This document shows, in pieces, positions 27,949 through 40,129 of a DNA stretch of 64,000 nucleotides. The stretch comes from Ascidiella aspersa (lineage: Eukaryota), in the NCBI GenBank assembly GCA_963924565.1, contig OZ004612.1, positions 16,802,001 to 16,866,000 of the forward strand, in the 5' to 3' direction. The stretch's first letter is position 1, and every line of letters starts with the position of its first letter. The position numbers and the translations under genes were made by a program. The notes under the pieces are model-generated. The model was not told the origin of the DNA and searched no databases. It saw nothing but the letters and a program-made list of their open reading frames with translations.

Positions 27949-28336
27949 GAAGTTATGGGTGTCACTCATGCGGCCCGTGAGCCATTTTCGTAACATTTTT
28001 TTGTATTGCACGTTCTGTATAAATAGAGCTGTCTTAGTTTTACGTTTGTACTTCGAAAAGCCCGTTAATTCGCAACACATCAATGATAGCATTGTGTATT
28101 TTAAACACCATTGCCAATTAACCGCCAACCAATTAAACCTCAACATTTATTATAAATTTGGTCAGTCTGCATGAAAAAATACGACCTAAACCAGATATGT
28201 CAAGCATGCCGCCCTTTACACACAGGTTTATACAGCGTGAGAGCCTCTGATTTTGACCACCGATTCAAACACAGCAGCCCATTAACAGATGTAAACAAAA
28301 AACTTTTTCAACAATTCAGAACTGTTTAATTTAAAA

Positions 28337-29390
28337 ATGTCTACTCTAGTTACGAAAACATGAGGTTTAGCGAAGAAAGGCGAGTGTCATTGCAGTATTT
28401 TTGCACAATAGTAAACGAAAAAGTATTACACACCGACACCGTTGCTCAAACAGTTGACGAAATATCAGTAGATTTGACTCCGTTGATATCACAGCTTACT
28501 ATCTTTACCACGGCCTGTTACAGTAAATTTAATATTTAAACTAATTAAACTGGTGCCCATGCATGAAACTATACCAAGCCAAGACAACTTTGAGAAATTC
28601 GAGCGTGTTTTGCGTGATTAAAGCTTGGATTTGAGTAAATTTGCATGCTTATCCACTGACGGTGCTTTTGATTTGGTTAGAAAACATATTTGGTGTTACT
28701 GCGAAATTGCGAACGAAAATACAAAATTTGCACCAAGACTCTGCATTTATTAAGACAAGAAATATTTTGTTTTTTGGAAACGAAAGGCACAGTTAAAATA
28801 AAATATAAAAATTGGCTTCAATTTCTCGCTTTTGCTGTGGACTTTGCAGCGAAATTGACTGATTCAATTTGCAATACAGATTTAGTTTATTTTCCTACGT
28901 GTAAAAAGCTGAAAAACACTGCCAATATTGATTGTGTACCTATAGCTTTGCTAAGTATCACAGTCTTTATTGAAGGAATTTTAGAACAGATTGTAAGATT
29001 TTTCATCCTTAAAACATCAGTTTTTAATATTTTCTGCGCCATTTACCTTCGATGTTGCCTTGGCAGACGAAACTCTACAGATGAAACTATTAGAAATGCC
29101 GTCCTTCTACACTCAGAGCAAGGTTTCTTTAAATCGTATTCCTGTTTTTTCATACCATCCTGAAAAGTTTAAAAATTCAGAAAGTTTACCACAAAGATGA
29201 TGTCAATGTTTGTTTATGCTTATTTGTGTAAACAATTATTTTCTTTTATGAACTCAACCAAAGTTTTCCATTTGCAACGTTTTCATTTTCCATTCGGGCA
29301 TTTTCTGCGCTTCAAAGTATTGAAATTTATACGGGCAGCCATGCCACTCTATTACTTTGATTTTTATTAATGCTAAAGAAACGTCTGTAT
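28337..29390 (+). pseudogene. Degenerate, internally deleted hAT transposase (GTF2IRD2/SPIN/Buster-like)
   Basis: Fragments in several frames: LVPMHETIPSQDNFEKFERVLRD*SLDLSKFACLSTDGA, LRQEIFCFLETKG, WLQFLAFAVD, FPTCKKL, KMMSMFVYAYLCKQLFSFMN; stops and frameshifts present. Confidence 0.8.
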
Positions 29391-30063
29391 CAGGGTTGCC
29401 ACTCTAAATTTTCATTTTCTTCTACCACACATGCCCTTTTTCTCTTACGCATTGGCGGATTGGTCTGCAGAGGTCCTTTAATGACGTTATCAACGTTAGC
29501 AGACTAAAGACGAAAAAGGCAATTGACGAAAACAGTAGGCCTACATACTAAATTGTCGTTTGAAATCGATCGCCGAATATGACTTGGCCGTAAATGGTAT
29601 ATAATATGTTAGAACAAAGGATGAGGCTGGTTGCCCGGCAAACCGTTCCAAACTTCAAAAATTCAAAGTACGGTAATATATGGAAGAATAAACCGGTACC
29701 TGAAGTTTGAAATTTAGAGTTCAGTAAACGGCAAAGAATTAGTTTGCAACTAAGAAGTAACCTAAATAATGTTCGTTGTGGTAGGATTGTAGACCAGTGT
29801 CGAAGTTTTCCCACCCGTTGACTGCACTTCGAACTTCGCACTACTGTAACCAAATCTGCAAAATTAAAATACTATAAAAAATAGAAAAAAATCCTATTTT
29901 TGTTATTTTGGTAAATAACTCCATTACACGTGTCTGAACCCCATAATTTTCTGTTATACGAAAATCTCCTACTTTTACCTACAAAGTGCGAATTTCCCCT
30001 ACCACCTATATTTAGGCGAAAAATCCCCTACCGTGAGGTATTCACTTACTGGTGGCAGCCTTG
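29391..30063. mobile_element. TIR element inserted near the 3' end of the transposase relic
   Basis: CAGGGTTGCCAC / GTGGCAGCCTTG imperfect TIRs; flanks ctgtat/atgtat. Confidence 0.6.
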
Positions 30064-31954
30064 ATGTATATCTACAATGTAAATAAAACACAGATACAAT
30101 AAATGTTATTGATTATTATAAACTAATTTTCTTTCTCAGCTCTGTAAGTGTGGCCCGCTGACCAACTCAAATTGTCTAATGCGACCCGAAGTAAGACTTG
30201 AGTTTGACAACCCTGCTTTAAGCGAGATAAGATTTTCCACAAATAGGCATTAAAAATGTTTCCTTTATTTAGTTAAAGTTTCAAAATCTAAAACATGAGG
30301 GATTTGCCTGATTTTTCGCTTTCCTAAGCATGTTTTCTGATAATTTCGATAAAGTAGTTAAAGAAATAAATTGCCAGAAATTTGCTAATATATTTGTATT
30401 CTACAATATTAACGTATAGGTATTTTTAGAAATGGTAAAAAAATGAATCCATAAAAAATCACTGTAAGAAACTTCAAATGGAATTTAACTCTTCTAAAAC
30501 TAGTGTTATAGGTAAAGATCAAGTTACAGACATAAACAAAAACACAAAAACAATGTTTTCATTTTTAATGAAGGAAATTTATATGCATCAAAACATATTA
30601 AATTTGAGTACCCGGCTTGTCTCACAAAACTTTCTTTGCGACATTTGTCTCAAAGAACAAGGTTAATGATGGATTGGTCCACGAAAAGTTAAGTTTACAT
30701 TTTCAAACACTCATGTAAGAATTGACTTTACCCCAGGCAAACAACGATCGACCGCATCGATAAAAAGTAGGCAGACGAACGAATTCCTTAACATCAATTA
30801 GCTGTCTTCGACTTCGAGGTGGCCCTCTCGCCTTGTGTCGAACATGCCATAAAATATATGGACAGCCGGGGAGGTGTCTGTTCGGCCGGCCTCCCGAGCT
30901 CGACTTCTTGCACAGCGCTATGTTCATTAAGCACAGTTTGAACCTTGTTTGCCTGGGCGACGTTTGGCGCGCGAGGTCGACGATCTCTATTGTTAGGGCA
31001 ATTTGCCTGACAACTTTGACAAGGTATCCGTGAATTCCGGCGCTGTGACGCGACTGTCTGATTACTGCTACACGATTTTTTGCTGGTTGCACCTTGTGTC
31101 TTAGTTAAAATTAAAGATTCGTCGCGTATCATAGCAAACAAGTCAGGCAGTTTCTATGTTTGGTCGGATGTGTCGTAAATCGTGTTTAGGATATCAAAAT
31201 TCTTTGTTTTGCTTTTACGATTGATGCTTTGTTAGCACAATGTTATTTGCTGTAGACTGAACACCTGTTACGACCTGAAGCATGTTTCTTATGTGCTCTA
31301 CAGCAGATGGACTGTTGACAAGCTATATACGCGACTGACCAAACATCTCGTAAATTGTTGACAGCCATTCGGTTTGGTGCTTGTGTTCTCACAGCCTGAT
31401 TTAGATGCACGGGTGTTTTGTCAACTTTTGCGTCTGGAAATTCTCAGGTGTCCCATGCGAAAGCAGAATCCAAACTGAAGCATGGTCCCTTTAAGTAAGG
31501 TTCACGTGCTTTCTAGCTGTGCCAATTTAAGAAATAGTTTTTTACCTGATACTATATAGTGGTTGAGATTTGAAAAAAATACATTCTTAGTTTGAAAATA
31601 ACTGTTGTGTTATAGAAACAATATACCACCAATAATTAGTCAATCAATCGTGGTTGCAAGTAAAAAACAATATATATTTTTTCGATTGTTTTATTAAAAT
31701 AATAAACAGTTATGCCGATAAAACCAAACAGTTGTCGGAAACACACAATAAGACCTTTAAAGCAACATTATCTTAATCAGAAAAATATGTTTACATTAAG
31801 ATTAAGACCTACGACCTAGTAAGGTCACAATACGCAGTAATGAACACGACAGAACAAGATCTAAATTTGTCGGATATTATCGGATTAAGGCCTGAAGGGA
31901 CAATATAGCGCTTAAAACTGTAGAGAGAGTGTATATGAGATAATTGGGAAATAC

Positions 31955-32110
31955 CTCTCTGGCATAGGTCGTTTTGGTGTCGATGTTTGGGTCCCTAGTT
32001 TGAAAGGCGCCGTTGGGGCGTCACTGTTTTGGCACCAAGTTGTTTGCCCCAGTTTGGGAAAAGTGGCGGATAAACGGGTGCATGAGGTTAGAAATTGGGT
32101 TAGGATTGAT
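31955..32110 (-). repeat. Dispersed repeat, homologous in reverse to ~22800-22955
   Basis: Shared blocks cccaatt(g/t)ctaac and cccaaac..gggca/gaggca..gccaaaacag between the two loci. Confidence 0.5.
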
Positions 32111-32283
32111 ATTATTATAGAGTTTGCCATCCGCCGCTTTGAGAATCTCCACATCTAGGAAGGGAAGTCGATTCTTACTTTCCAGTTCCATAGTGAATGC
32201 AATTCCTTGTTGCACGTTGTTCAAATGATGCAGAAACTCTGTTACCTGACGTTTATCGATGATACAGAAAGTATCATCTACGT

Positions 32284-33397
32284 CAGTGGTCTCCAACCTG
32301 TGGGTCGCGACCCCAATTGGGGTCGCCAAATTTTTTTCCGGGGTCGCCACCACTCACCATATTTCTGCTGTTTTACTACATTTCATGTATTTTGTTTTTA
32401 TTTACAATGACGTCACCATAATAAACGAACTAATACATAAAGATTCATTTCACTTAAAATCGGTGTTTTAGCTCTTAGATTAGACCTTCTATAGGTTACA
32501 AAGATTTCAGCAAATAAATATTTACTTTTGGCCTTCGATGCAATTAACTTACCCGACTATGTACACTTTTGTGATTAACTACTCTTCCCATTTTTAAACA
32601 CATGGCTTTGTTTAACAAGTCCAGCGCAATGCGCATATTGAAAACAAAACATCGTAAATCGCCTGGAAGTAAAGCATGACATGCGGTTATGCTTATGCAA
32701 AGTGAAGCCGCGTTTGCAGAAACCAGTGAACATTATCCAGGCGCAAACATCACACTGAATGCAATTTACTGTTGAAACAAATTAAAATTTTTGTGAAATC
32801 ATTTTTGTGCACATATGTAAAGTTCTCTGGAAATGTGTAATTATCAGGGCGATTACTTTTTGACCTAAAAAATAGAAAATTTTGACAAATTTTGACCTAA
32901 AAATAATTTATTTTGACAAATTTTTGACCTGTTAGAAATACATTGATTTAAGTAACCTAGGCGTCGTTAATCACGCGTTTTTTATACCGTATATTGCTCT
33001 AATAAATATATAATACGGTTAAAATCACTTTAAACATAAATCAAAACTAAATTTTTTTGATAAAATTGAACGATAAATTTCAAAACCACTGATCGACCAA
33101 TTTCAAAAAGTTGACTATAGTTATTTTTTTAATTTTTTAGACGATTTATGTGCATTTTTATTCGATTTTGACTTGAAAAAATTTTGACCTAACGTGTAAA
33201 TTTTGACAAAATTTTGACTTTTTTTGACAAGTAAAAATAATCGCCCTAGTAATTATGCATATTCGCTCGTGTTACTTAGTTCCAGCATTATTTAAAATAT
33301 TTTTATTCCTACTTGAAAACAAATAGGGTCGCAATTTAAATTCTGATTTCATTTTATTTAAATTGGGGTCGCTTATTAAAAAGGTTGGAGACCACTG
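32284..33397. mobile_element. hAT MITE inserted in the RT active-site codons
   Basis: Perfect TIRs CAGTGGTCTCCAACCT / AGGTTGGAGACCACTG; perfect TSD atctacgt. Confidence 0.92.
32845..33248. mobile_element. Nested hAT (Ac-type) MITE with TTTTGAC repeats
   Basis: TIRs CAGGGCGATTA / TAATCGCCCTA; perfect TSD gtaattat; clusters of AATTTTGAC near both ends. Confidence 0.88.
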
Positions 33398-34027
33398 ATC
33401 TACGTAACGTCGCCAGAAACGTGATGGTCTGGCAAAAGCTCGTAAGGCACGTCCTCTCCTTATTCTACATGGGGCTATACTTTTTTAAAGCGATTTTGTT
33501 AGGGTTAAGGACTGTTCAAGGGACTGTTTAAAGGTAATGAAGTAAGTTTAAGAGCCTTTAACACATTTTATCGGGTAACCGTTTAACTTTTGCGCCATGC
33601 TATGCATTATGTCACTTTATTGCGACATTGCCATTTTGGAGCGCCACGCCTTACACCAGAAATTTACAAAAACAAAATCATTTAAATTTGCTGATCTTTT
33701 ATGTGTAACGATGTTTGTTATTTATGTAAGTTTGTCTAAAAACTCTGTCTTAGACGGGGTGTGCTACCAACATTTGATTTGCAAACCTATTTTTGCTCTC
33801 GTGTGCCACTAGCGACTAAATATTTCAGTAACTTTTTCACTCAGCATGATGTAAACAAATGCCATGCTGTCACCAATTTCTAAAAACTATTATCTTTTCA
33901 ACCGAAATTCTTCCATAAGGGATAGGATTCCAGCTTTAAGTTAGGAGACCTAAATTATTGGACACACAACAAAACATTTAAACGTTGCTCGATGTAATAT
34001 TACAAGATAGACTTATTTAGATTTAGA

Positions 34028-34351
34028 GGGAATCGTGACGCATCGAGCAAAGTGCACATTGGTCAATAAATTGTCATTCATCAGATTGCGGGTCGTTAAC
34101 CCAACAGTATAAAATCAAAAGCATTTTAAAATGTGAGCACATTCTAAAAAAATGTTCGCACTTTTTTAAAGCCATTTTAAAATGTACGCACATTCTAAAA
34201 AAATGCGCACATTTTTGAACCATTTTTAGATGTGTGCACATTCTGAAAAAAAGTGCACATTTTTGAAGGCATTTGAAAATGTGCGCACATTGTTTGCACA
34301 TTTTCGCGTACATATTTTTGCGCACATCGTGCAAAACAACGTCACGTCTCC
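34028..34351. mobile_element. Non-autonomous element carrying the GTGCGCAC satellite
   Basis: Imperfect TIR (gggaatcgtgacg / cgtcacgtctcc); about four decayed ~51-bp units of aaatgtgcgcacatt; left arm also seen at ~55850-55960. Confidence 0.65.
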
Positions 34352-35611
34352 TGTTGTAGACTGTTGAATTTCTTCCAATTCGATTAAACCACAAGAAGAC
34401 AGCCACAAAAGATTCACGCTAAACACGAAAAAATTTTCAATTATTTAGGTAAAACTGGTAAAAACATAAATTGCTTGGGTATGGCCTTGTGCCCTCAGTA
34501 GATTAGCCCCTGCTTCTGGCATGCAGTACCATACAAAGATTAGGTTTTAATTAGTATATACGGGACTCTGAGATATTTCTACACTTTACGAAAATCAAAA
34601 TCTCGTGTAAAGGTAAAAAGTGTTTTAAGTTTAAAGTGCCCATAAATGTATGACAACTGTTGACCTAAATTTATAAAATTAGCAATGTAGATAAGCTATT
34701 TGTATTAAATACGTACGTTATTTTTGCTGAGAAAGCAAATTGGTTTTGATGGTATGACCTACATCTTATCTTAATGTATTCGTTGTATGTATTCACTCCG
34801 AAATCTACACATGTTGAGCTGTTTTACTGATTTTTTTTTTGTTGATCAGATTTCAATTAAAATATAATAATGCTTTACGTAAAGCGTGACGCTTACGATT
34901 GTCCTAATATTAATCATTTGTTTTTAACTTTGTCTCTGATTTGGTATCTTGGGTCGCGACCCATAGGTTGGAAAACCGGGTGTAGTAGGCTACAGTGCTC
35001 CGCAACCATTTTCACTTGCGACCACTCCAACAGAGCTAAAACAATTCGGCGGCACACCTACGAAATATATGTCGATCGACAAAGTACGACATCAGTAAAT
35101 ATTCTACGCAGCCAAGGAAAAAAAAGAGAGAGTTATGATAAAACGCGGCGAAGGCGCCAAAATTTGTACGTACAATACATCACTTTGTCGGATTTTTCGG
35201 TTTTGCAGACTACCGAAAATTTCGGAAGGCAGTTTAAGTCCTGTAAATTGAACAGAGGGCTTTTAATAACATTAGAAAAATAAATCCTAACATTGGAGCC
35301 TTGTTTTCGAAACAGCTCTCAAAACTAATTATTATTCAATGACAAAATGTCAATAATATATTAACCAAGATATTTTATGGGTTTCGAGCGTATAGGTAAT
35401 CTCCCTTCACACGTTGGTGTAAAGTTTAAAAAACATTTGTACTCCTGGTAATTACGCAAAGTCAGTTAACACGGGTGAAAAATATTACAGAAAGTTCAAA
35501 AAATGCCATCTGGATTAATACATACATAAATCCAAAATACTGCCTTGATAAAATATACGTATATATTTAAAAACGCCTCTGGGGACGTCCTGGCGTACCA
35601 GGCATGGTCTT

Positions 35612-35760
35612 GCGGAGAACTGGTCTAGTACACATCAGAAAGAGCGACGGTCCTGGTATGACCGAGGCCATGACTTCGAACCTCACCGCATGATATTTTG
35701 CTAACCTGGCCTTAATTGCATAAAAGTCCTTGCTTGGTAGACTGATTCGGTTAGTGTATT
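35612..35760 (+). mobile_element. Possible decayed tRNA-derived SINE
   Basis: A-box-like tggtctagt followed by B-box-like gacttcgaacc; no cloverleaf. Confidence 0.3.
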
Positions 35761-36906
35761 AATGACTCCCGGGGTACCATGATACACATGCCATTATGGT
35801 TGATCAAAAAACAGCTTCAGAAGTTTGTACACCTATTCAGGGTTTGGATTTCGCAGTCACCTACTCACTTAGCAAAAAATAGTTGAGATATTGACATACT
35901 GACGGACTAAATTTGTAAATCTGGGACAAATTAACACCAAAGACCGAAGGCCAATTATTGCGTAAACGTTTAACCACACACGCTTGCAGAACTACAGCAA
36001 CAAGGTATACAAGCGCATCGCACGAGTTAAGTAATCAATCAAGGCCGGTCGTACAAAAACTATGTAAACCCACTTACGCACCGAATTTAAAAGCAGGTTA
36101 AATCAGTGGGAAAAACAATTATGTATGCTGGAATTTTTCAGATCGCGTGCCGATATTTTGGCGAGTGTGATTTCGTCCAGGCAAGTGTTTATTGGTAGAT
36201 TGACTCGCGTGACCGGCGAGTGCGCATTTTAGTATATCAACCTGGCATATGTGTATCTTTCCAGTTCTTATTTTATAAAAAAAAACGGTCAACGTGATGT
36301 TTTGTCTGTTAAAGTGCCCAACGCGAGACATCTTAAACTTATGTATAATATCTTTTCACTAACCCCGATAACCAATACAACAGTTGATTTTTTTAATCAT
36401 CTCGTAATAACAGGTTTGATACCCAGCGTTCAAGACGTATCGACAGAAAACAAATGGTATGTTTTACGTAACAAAGATTACATATGAATACCTCGAACTT
36501 ATTTTAAAGATTGCAGGAGATAATATAGGATATTTTAACGCATTTAAAACTGGCTAATATGTGTGTAGTTGAAAAGTATAACTCAAATATCGTTATACTT
36601 AAATTTATTTACATGACTTTGCTAAAGAATTACTTAAAAAATGCAAAATAAGGTAAAACTGGAAACATAAAATCCGTTTACCACAAAACGCAGACGCGAA
36701 AAATCACAGCTGAATTTATTCAAAAAAAAATAAGGATCGGCAATACGCATAGGGGGTGGGCGGGAGAAATTATGCCACGCCCGTTTGCATATTTGAAATT
36801 TAAATGCAAAAAATCCAGGGTGAATAATTTGACGCTAATAATACGCGGTAACATTAAATGAACCTCTAACAAACGAAATATACGAACATCTGTTAAAGTA
36901 ACTCTA

Positions 36907-37218
36907 TCACCGCTCCTTGAAAACCATGGCGTAGTGGGGCGATGAGTAAACGGGTCCCACCGATCCATTCATCCCTGGTGTTGGGTGGTTTGGGTTGGGA
37001 AGGATCACAAACTTCTGAAGAATGTAAACCAAATATAGAAAGACCTCCATTCTGGCTAAATTCTCACCCAAGCAATTTCTCGGACCGATTGAAAAAGGAA
37101 TGATTTTATCCGACTTTACAAACTTCCCATTGCTGTCCAGATGTCTATCCGGCTGGAAGAGTCTCGGGTTGGGCCACAACTTTGGGTCGTTATGCACATT
37201 CCACAAGTTGGCGATAAC
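36907..37218 (-). CDS. CYP2: CYP2-clan P450, last exon (heme-binding)
   Basis: VIANLWNVHNDP..FQPDRHLD..PFSIGPRNCLGENLARME..; stop TGA at 36907; cctatag acceptor. Confidence 0.96.
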   Translation of the reverse strand, partial: VIANLWNVHNDPKLWPNPRLFQPDRHLDSNGKFVKSDKIIPFSIGPRNCLGENLARMEVFLYLVYILQKFVILPNPNHPTPGMNGSVGPVYSSPHYAMVFKER

Positions 37219-38861
37219 CTATAGGTAAAATCCCACGTTGTAATAACTCTGCTTATTTTCCTCATTTAAACATAGCTATTTGTCTTTCACCAAGCGTTGA
37301 AAGCATTAGCTTCAAACCAAAATCCCAGTAAATATGTGATGTTGTAATGGTGTCTTACATCTAAAAATCTATCTATGTTACATCACAATAAAAAGTGTGC
37401 GAAACGTCAGCCTCCAAGCGACTTATAATATAGCATCGATGTGATTAAGCATGTTTCCAAGCGTCAAAATGACCCAAAAACGGTGTATTCAGAAGTTTTG
37501 TTGGACCTCCTAAACACACTTTGCGGACGACGAGAGGTTTGTGGACCCCGGGTTTAAGAACCACTGCTCAAAGCAAACTGTTCGGAAAAGATCCAAATTT
37601 ACCTTTAAAAGTTTTCCGCAGGCGATAATTGCGTAACATGGCGATAGAATGTATTTACAAAACCGTGTTTTATTTCTAAATCATACATTACTGCAAAACC
37701 TGTTACTCCTAATAGATTCGGCTCAAATCAAGTTGGACAAATACGCAGAAATTCCTACAGGCAACAAATAGATCTAGCAGGAGATCGAGCGAAAACTTGT
37801 TGTCAAAATACGACTTTCAAATAGTAATTTCATAAACTGTTTGCAAGTGCGTGGGTAATTTTGCATTGAGACAAATTTCTAAACTGCTATAGATCTTATA
37901 TTCGCCATCGTAAAAATTCACACTGGATGTCAGCCAAATACATTTGTTAATTCTTGTTTGTTTGACATGAATTTTCTCAAAACTTGGTACTCCTTTTTGC
38001 AGTCACGCAATTTTTATCCTTTTTAAAATGTGTTTTAAAAGTTATATCATTAAAGTTTAGCAAAGAGCTAAAGTTTTAAAAATGGCCGTTATGTATGTGA
38101 CATTTTAACCCGATATCGATACCTGACAATTCAAACAAAAAGTATCGCGATCCGACCCCAAACCACTGACGTCATTACTATACTTAATGCAAAAGTGTCC
38201 AGGTCAAACTAATCATTAAGCGAAGTGATTTCACAAAGCCAATGATTCCTGCTAATTCTGCATCAAACGGATACAAATATTAAATAAACAGTGAGCCCTT
38301 TTCAGGGCTATATCTTACTGTCTTATCCATCAATATAAAAGGTACTTGCTGATCTCTGCGTGCAACATAACTGTCACGTGCTATGTACTATAGAGGATGA
38401 GACGCACCTGTCGCTTAACCTGGCCTGTCCTGGAATGCCAGGCATGATTCTCGTAGTAAAGTCTCCCTACGAGAAGTGGGGAAGTGCTATTGATGTAAGG
38501 CCGGGTATTTCAATAAAATCCACCTCTAGAAGCAGCACCAACTGCATCGAAATTATTTCCGCTTACAATATTTGGATAAGGATCTAGTCAATCTACAAGC
38601 CTCCTGCAGCCCCATATACATTCGACAACCAAGCCGTACCTCACTATTCATCCCAAGCATTATCTTAGGCGACTTTATTAGCCACAGTACAAGCTAGGCA
38701 TATAAGGAGACCAACACCGTATAGGTAAAATAAAAACATGGCGTGTAGAGTCTTTTTCAAAATTTTGGCCCGCACACAACATCGGCCAGTGTGCCTGGAG
38801 GTAAAAGGGGGCGAACAGGATGAACCCCTTTACTTCAAGGTTTCAAAATTAAGCATATTAC

Positions 38862-39019
38862 CTGTGTATTTTTCGGTATAATGTAACCCATGAACTTGGT
38901 TTCTTCGGTTGTACACCTCGGCACGCCGAGAGGAGTCATGGTTTCAATGCGATAAATCTCCTGTATGACTGCTCTGGTGTAATTCAACTTGACGTCAAGC
39001 CGCACCTTGCCACTTCGTC
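38862..39019 (-). CDS. CYP2: CYP2-clan P450 coding exon 8 (K helix ExxR)
   Basis: GRSGKVRLDVKLNYTRAVIQEIYRIETMTPLGVPRCT..GYIIPKNTQ; tcatag / gtaata. Confidence 0.95.
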
Positions 39020-39372
39020 CTATGACATAAAACACATGTTATTTCCAAGATCAAATATTGTGAGATTGCTTCGAAACAGTTTTGAAACGACTCGATTTTT
39101 AATAAAAACATATAAAGAGGATAATGGAGTGGTTCTTAAACTTTTTAGGCACGTGATCCTAAGAAGTTATTTTGGTTCGCGTGGACAGGGGTCGGCATAA
39201 AAAAGTAGAATTGAAAAACCTGCTCTCTCAAGTCTAATTCGTGCAAATATGGAACTGAAATCGGATTTAAATTTATTCAAGGAGAGGCCAAAGCGTTTTT
39301 TGAATTTATCTCTTTTCTTTTGAAAAAAACATCCTGTGTTGAATTATACACTGACTATGTTTTCAGTTAGAC

Positions 39373-39726
39373 CAGGGGTTCCCAACCTGTGGTACGCGAA
39401 AGTTTTTCAGGTGGTACGCGAGTAGCTTCCGCTTTTTTTTCACAAAATACTGGATTCACAACTTTATATTTTTTTATCTGGTTTTGCTACGTAAAACAAA
39501 ATTGCCAAAGCCCATTCTTATTGTTACATAACTATTCCTGGTGTTTCGAAACAATGCGATCTTTAAATTACAGGCCACGTTAATTGTCGACAAAGAGCAC
39601 AGTTTGCAAAGCATACAACGCTGTGGGACAGTGGGCGCTAATTATGTCAAATGTTTTTTCTTGATAAATAAAATCTACTGTTTTATAGCTTAAGCTACAA
39701 ATAGCGTTGAATAATGCTACTTTTAG
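39373..39726. mobile_element. Truncated left half of the MITE family found intact at 43075-44277
   Basis: Starts CAGGGGTTCCCAACCTGTGGTACGCG and is colinear with 43075-43435. Confidence 0.85.
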
Positions 39727-39809
39727 GAGTTAGAGTTAGAGTTAGAGTTAGAGTTAGAGTTAGAGTTAGAGTTAGAGTTAGAGTTAGAGTTAGAGTTAGA
39801 GTTAGAGTT
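39727..39809 (+). repeat. (GAGTTA)n hexamer microsatellite, about 14 units
   Basis: Perfect tandem GAGTTA run. Confidence 0.97.
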
Positions 39810-40129
39810 GTTAAAAAAAGTGCGCACATTTTTGAAGGCTGTTCAAAATGTGCGCACATTGTTAAAAAGGTGCGCACATTTTTGAAGGCTGTTTAAATAG
39901 TGAGCACATTGTTAAAAAAAGTTCGCACTTTTTTGAAGGCTATTTAAAATGTGCGCACATTGTTGAAAAAAAGTGCGCACTTTTTGGAAGGCTGTTAAAA
40001 ATGTGCGCACATTGTGAAAAAAAGTGCGCACATTTTTGAAGCCCTTTTAAAATGTGCGCACAATTTTTGCACATTTTGGCGTGCACATTTTTGCGCACAT
40101 TGTGCAAAAAATGTTCGCATCCCCGTCTC
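39810..40129. repeat. ~51-bp tandem satellite (5 units plus end) built of GTGCGCAC palindromes
   Basis: Unit gttaaaaaaagtgcgcacatttttgaaggctgtttaaaatgtgcgcacatt; ends in cgtctc like the 34028-34351 copy. Confidence 0.9.

Larger units (their letters stand above)
27955..30215 (+). mobile_element. Defective hAT (Buster/SPIN-like) DNA transposon
   Basis: Degenerate left end gggtgtcactcatgcggcccg; right end GAGTTTGACAACCCTG; encloses a transposase relic. Confidence 0.75.
32121..33470 (-). pseudogene. Penelope-like retroelement reverse transcriptase fragment, interrupted by MITEs
   Basis: Removing 32284..33397 and one TSD copy restores RALRAFARPSRFWRRYVDDTFCIIDKRQVTEFLHHLNNVQQGIAFTMELESKNRLPFLDVEILKAADGKL (PLE-type YVDD, FTME and LPFLD motifs). 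Confidence 0.88.

Noticed and set aside
27447-27980. ORFs with repeated DSGLGTR / RVPSP peptides (also 49203-49730 and 59196-59390)
   Set aside because: Translations of the GGACTCG MITE repeats.
28690-29163. 157-aa ORF as a functional gene
   Set aside because: It is one frame of the decayed transposase, which has stops, frameshifts and large deletions.
34074-34426. Cys/His-periodic ORFs (CAHF/CAHI) resembling zinc fingers
   Set aside because: Translation of the GTGCGCAC satellite.
39695-39896. ORFs with (TL)n and (RV)n runs; possible telomere
   Set aside because: These are translations of the (GAGTTA)n microsatellite, which is interstitial, short and not TTAGGG.
39810-40110. CRISPR-like array of palindromic repeats
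   Set aside because: The intervening sequences are themselves repeated, so there are no unique spacers; there are no cas genes and the context is a eukaryotic intron.
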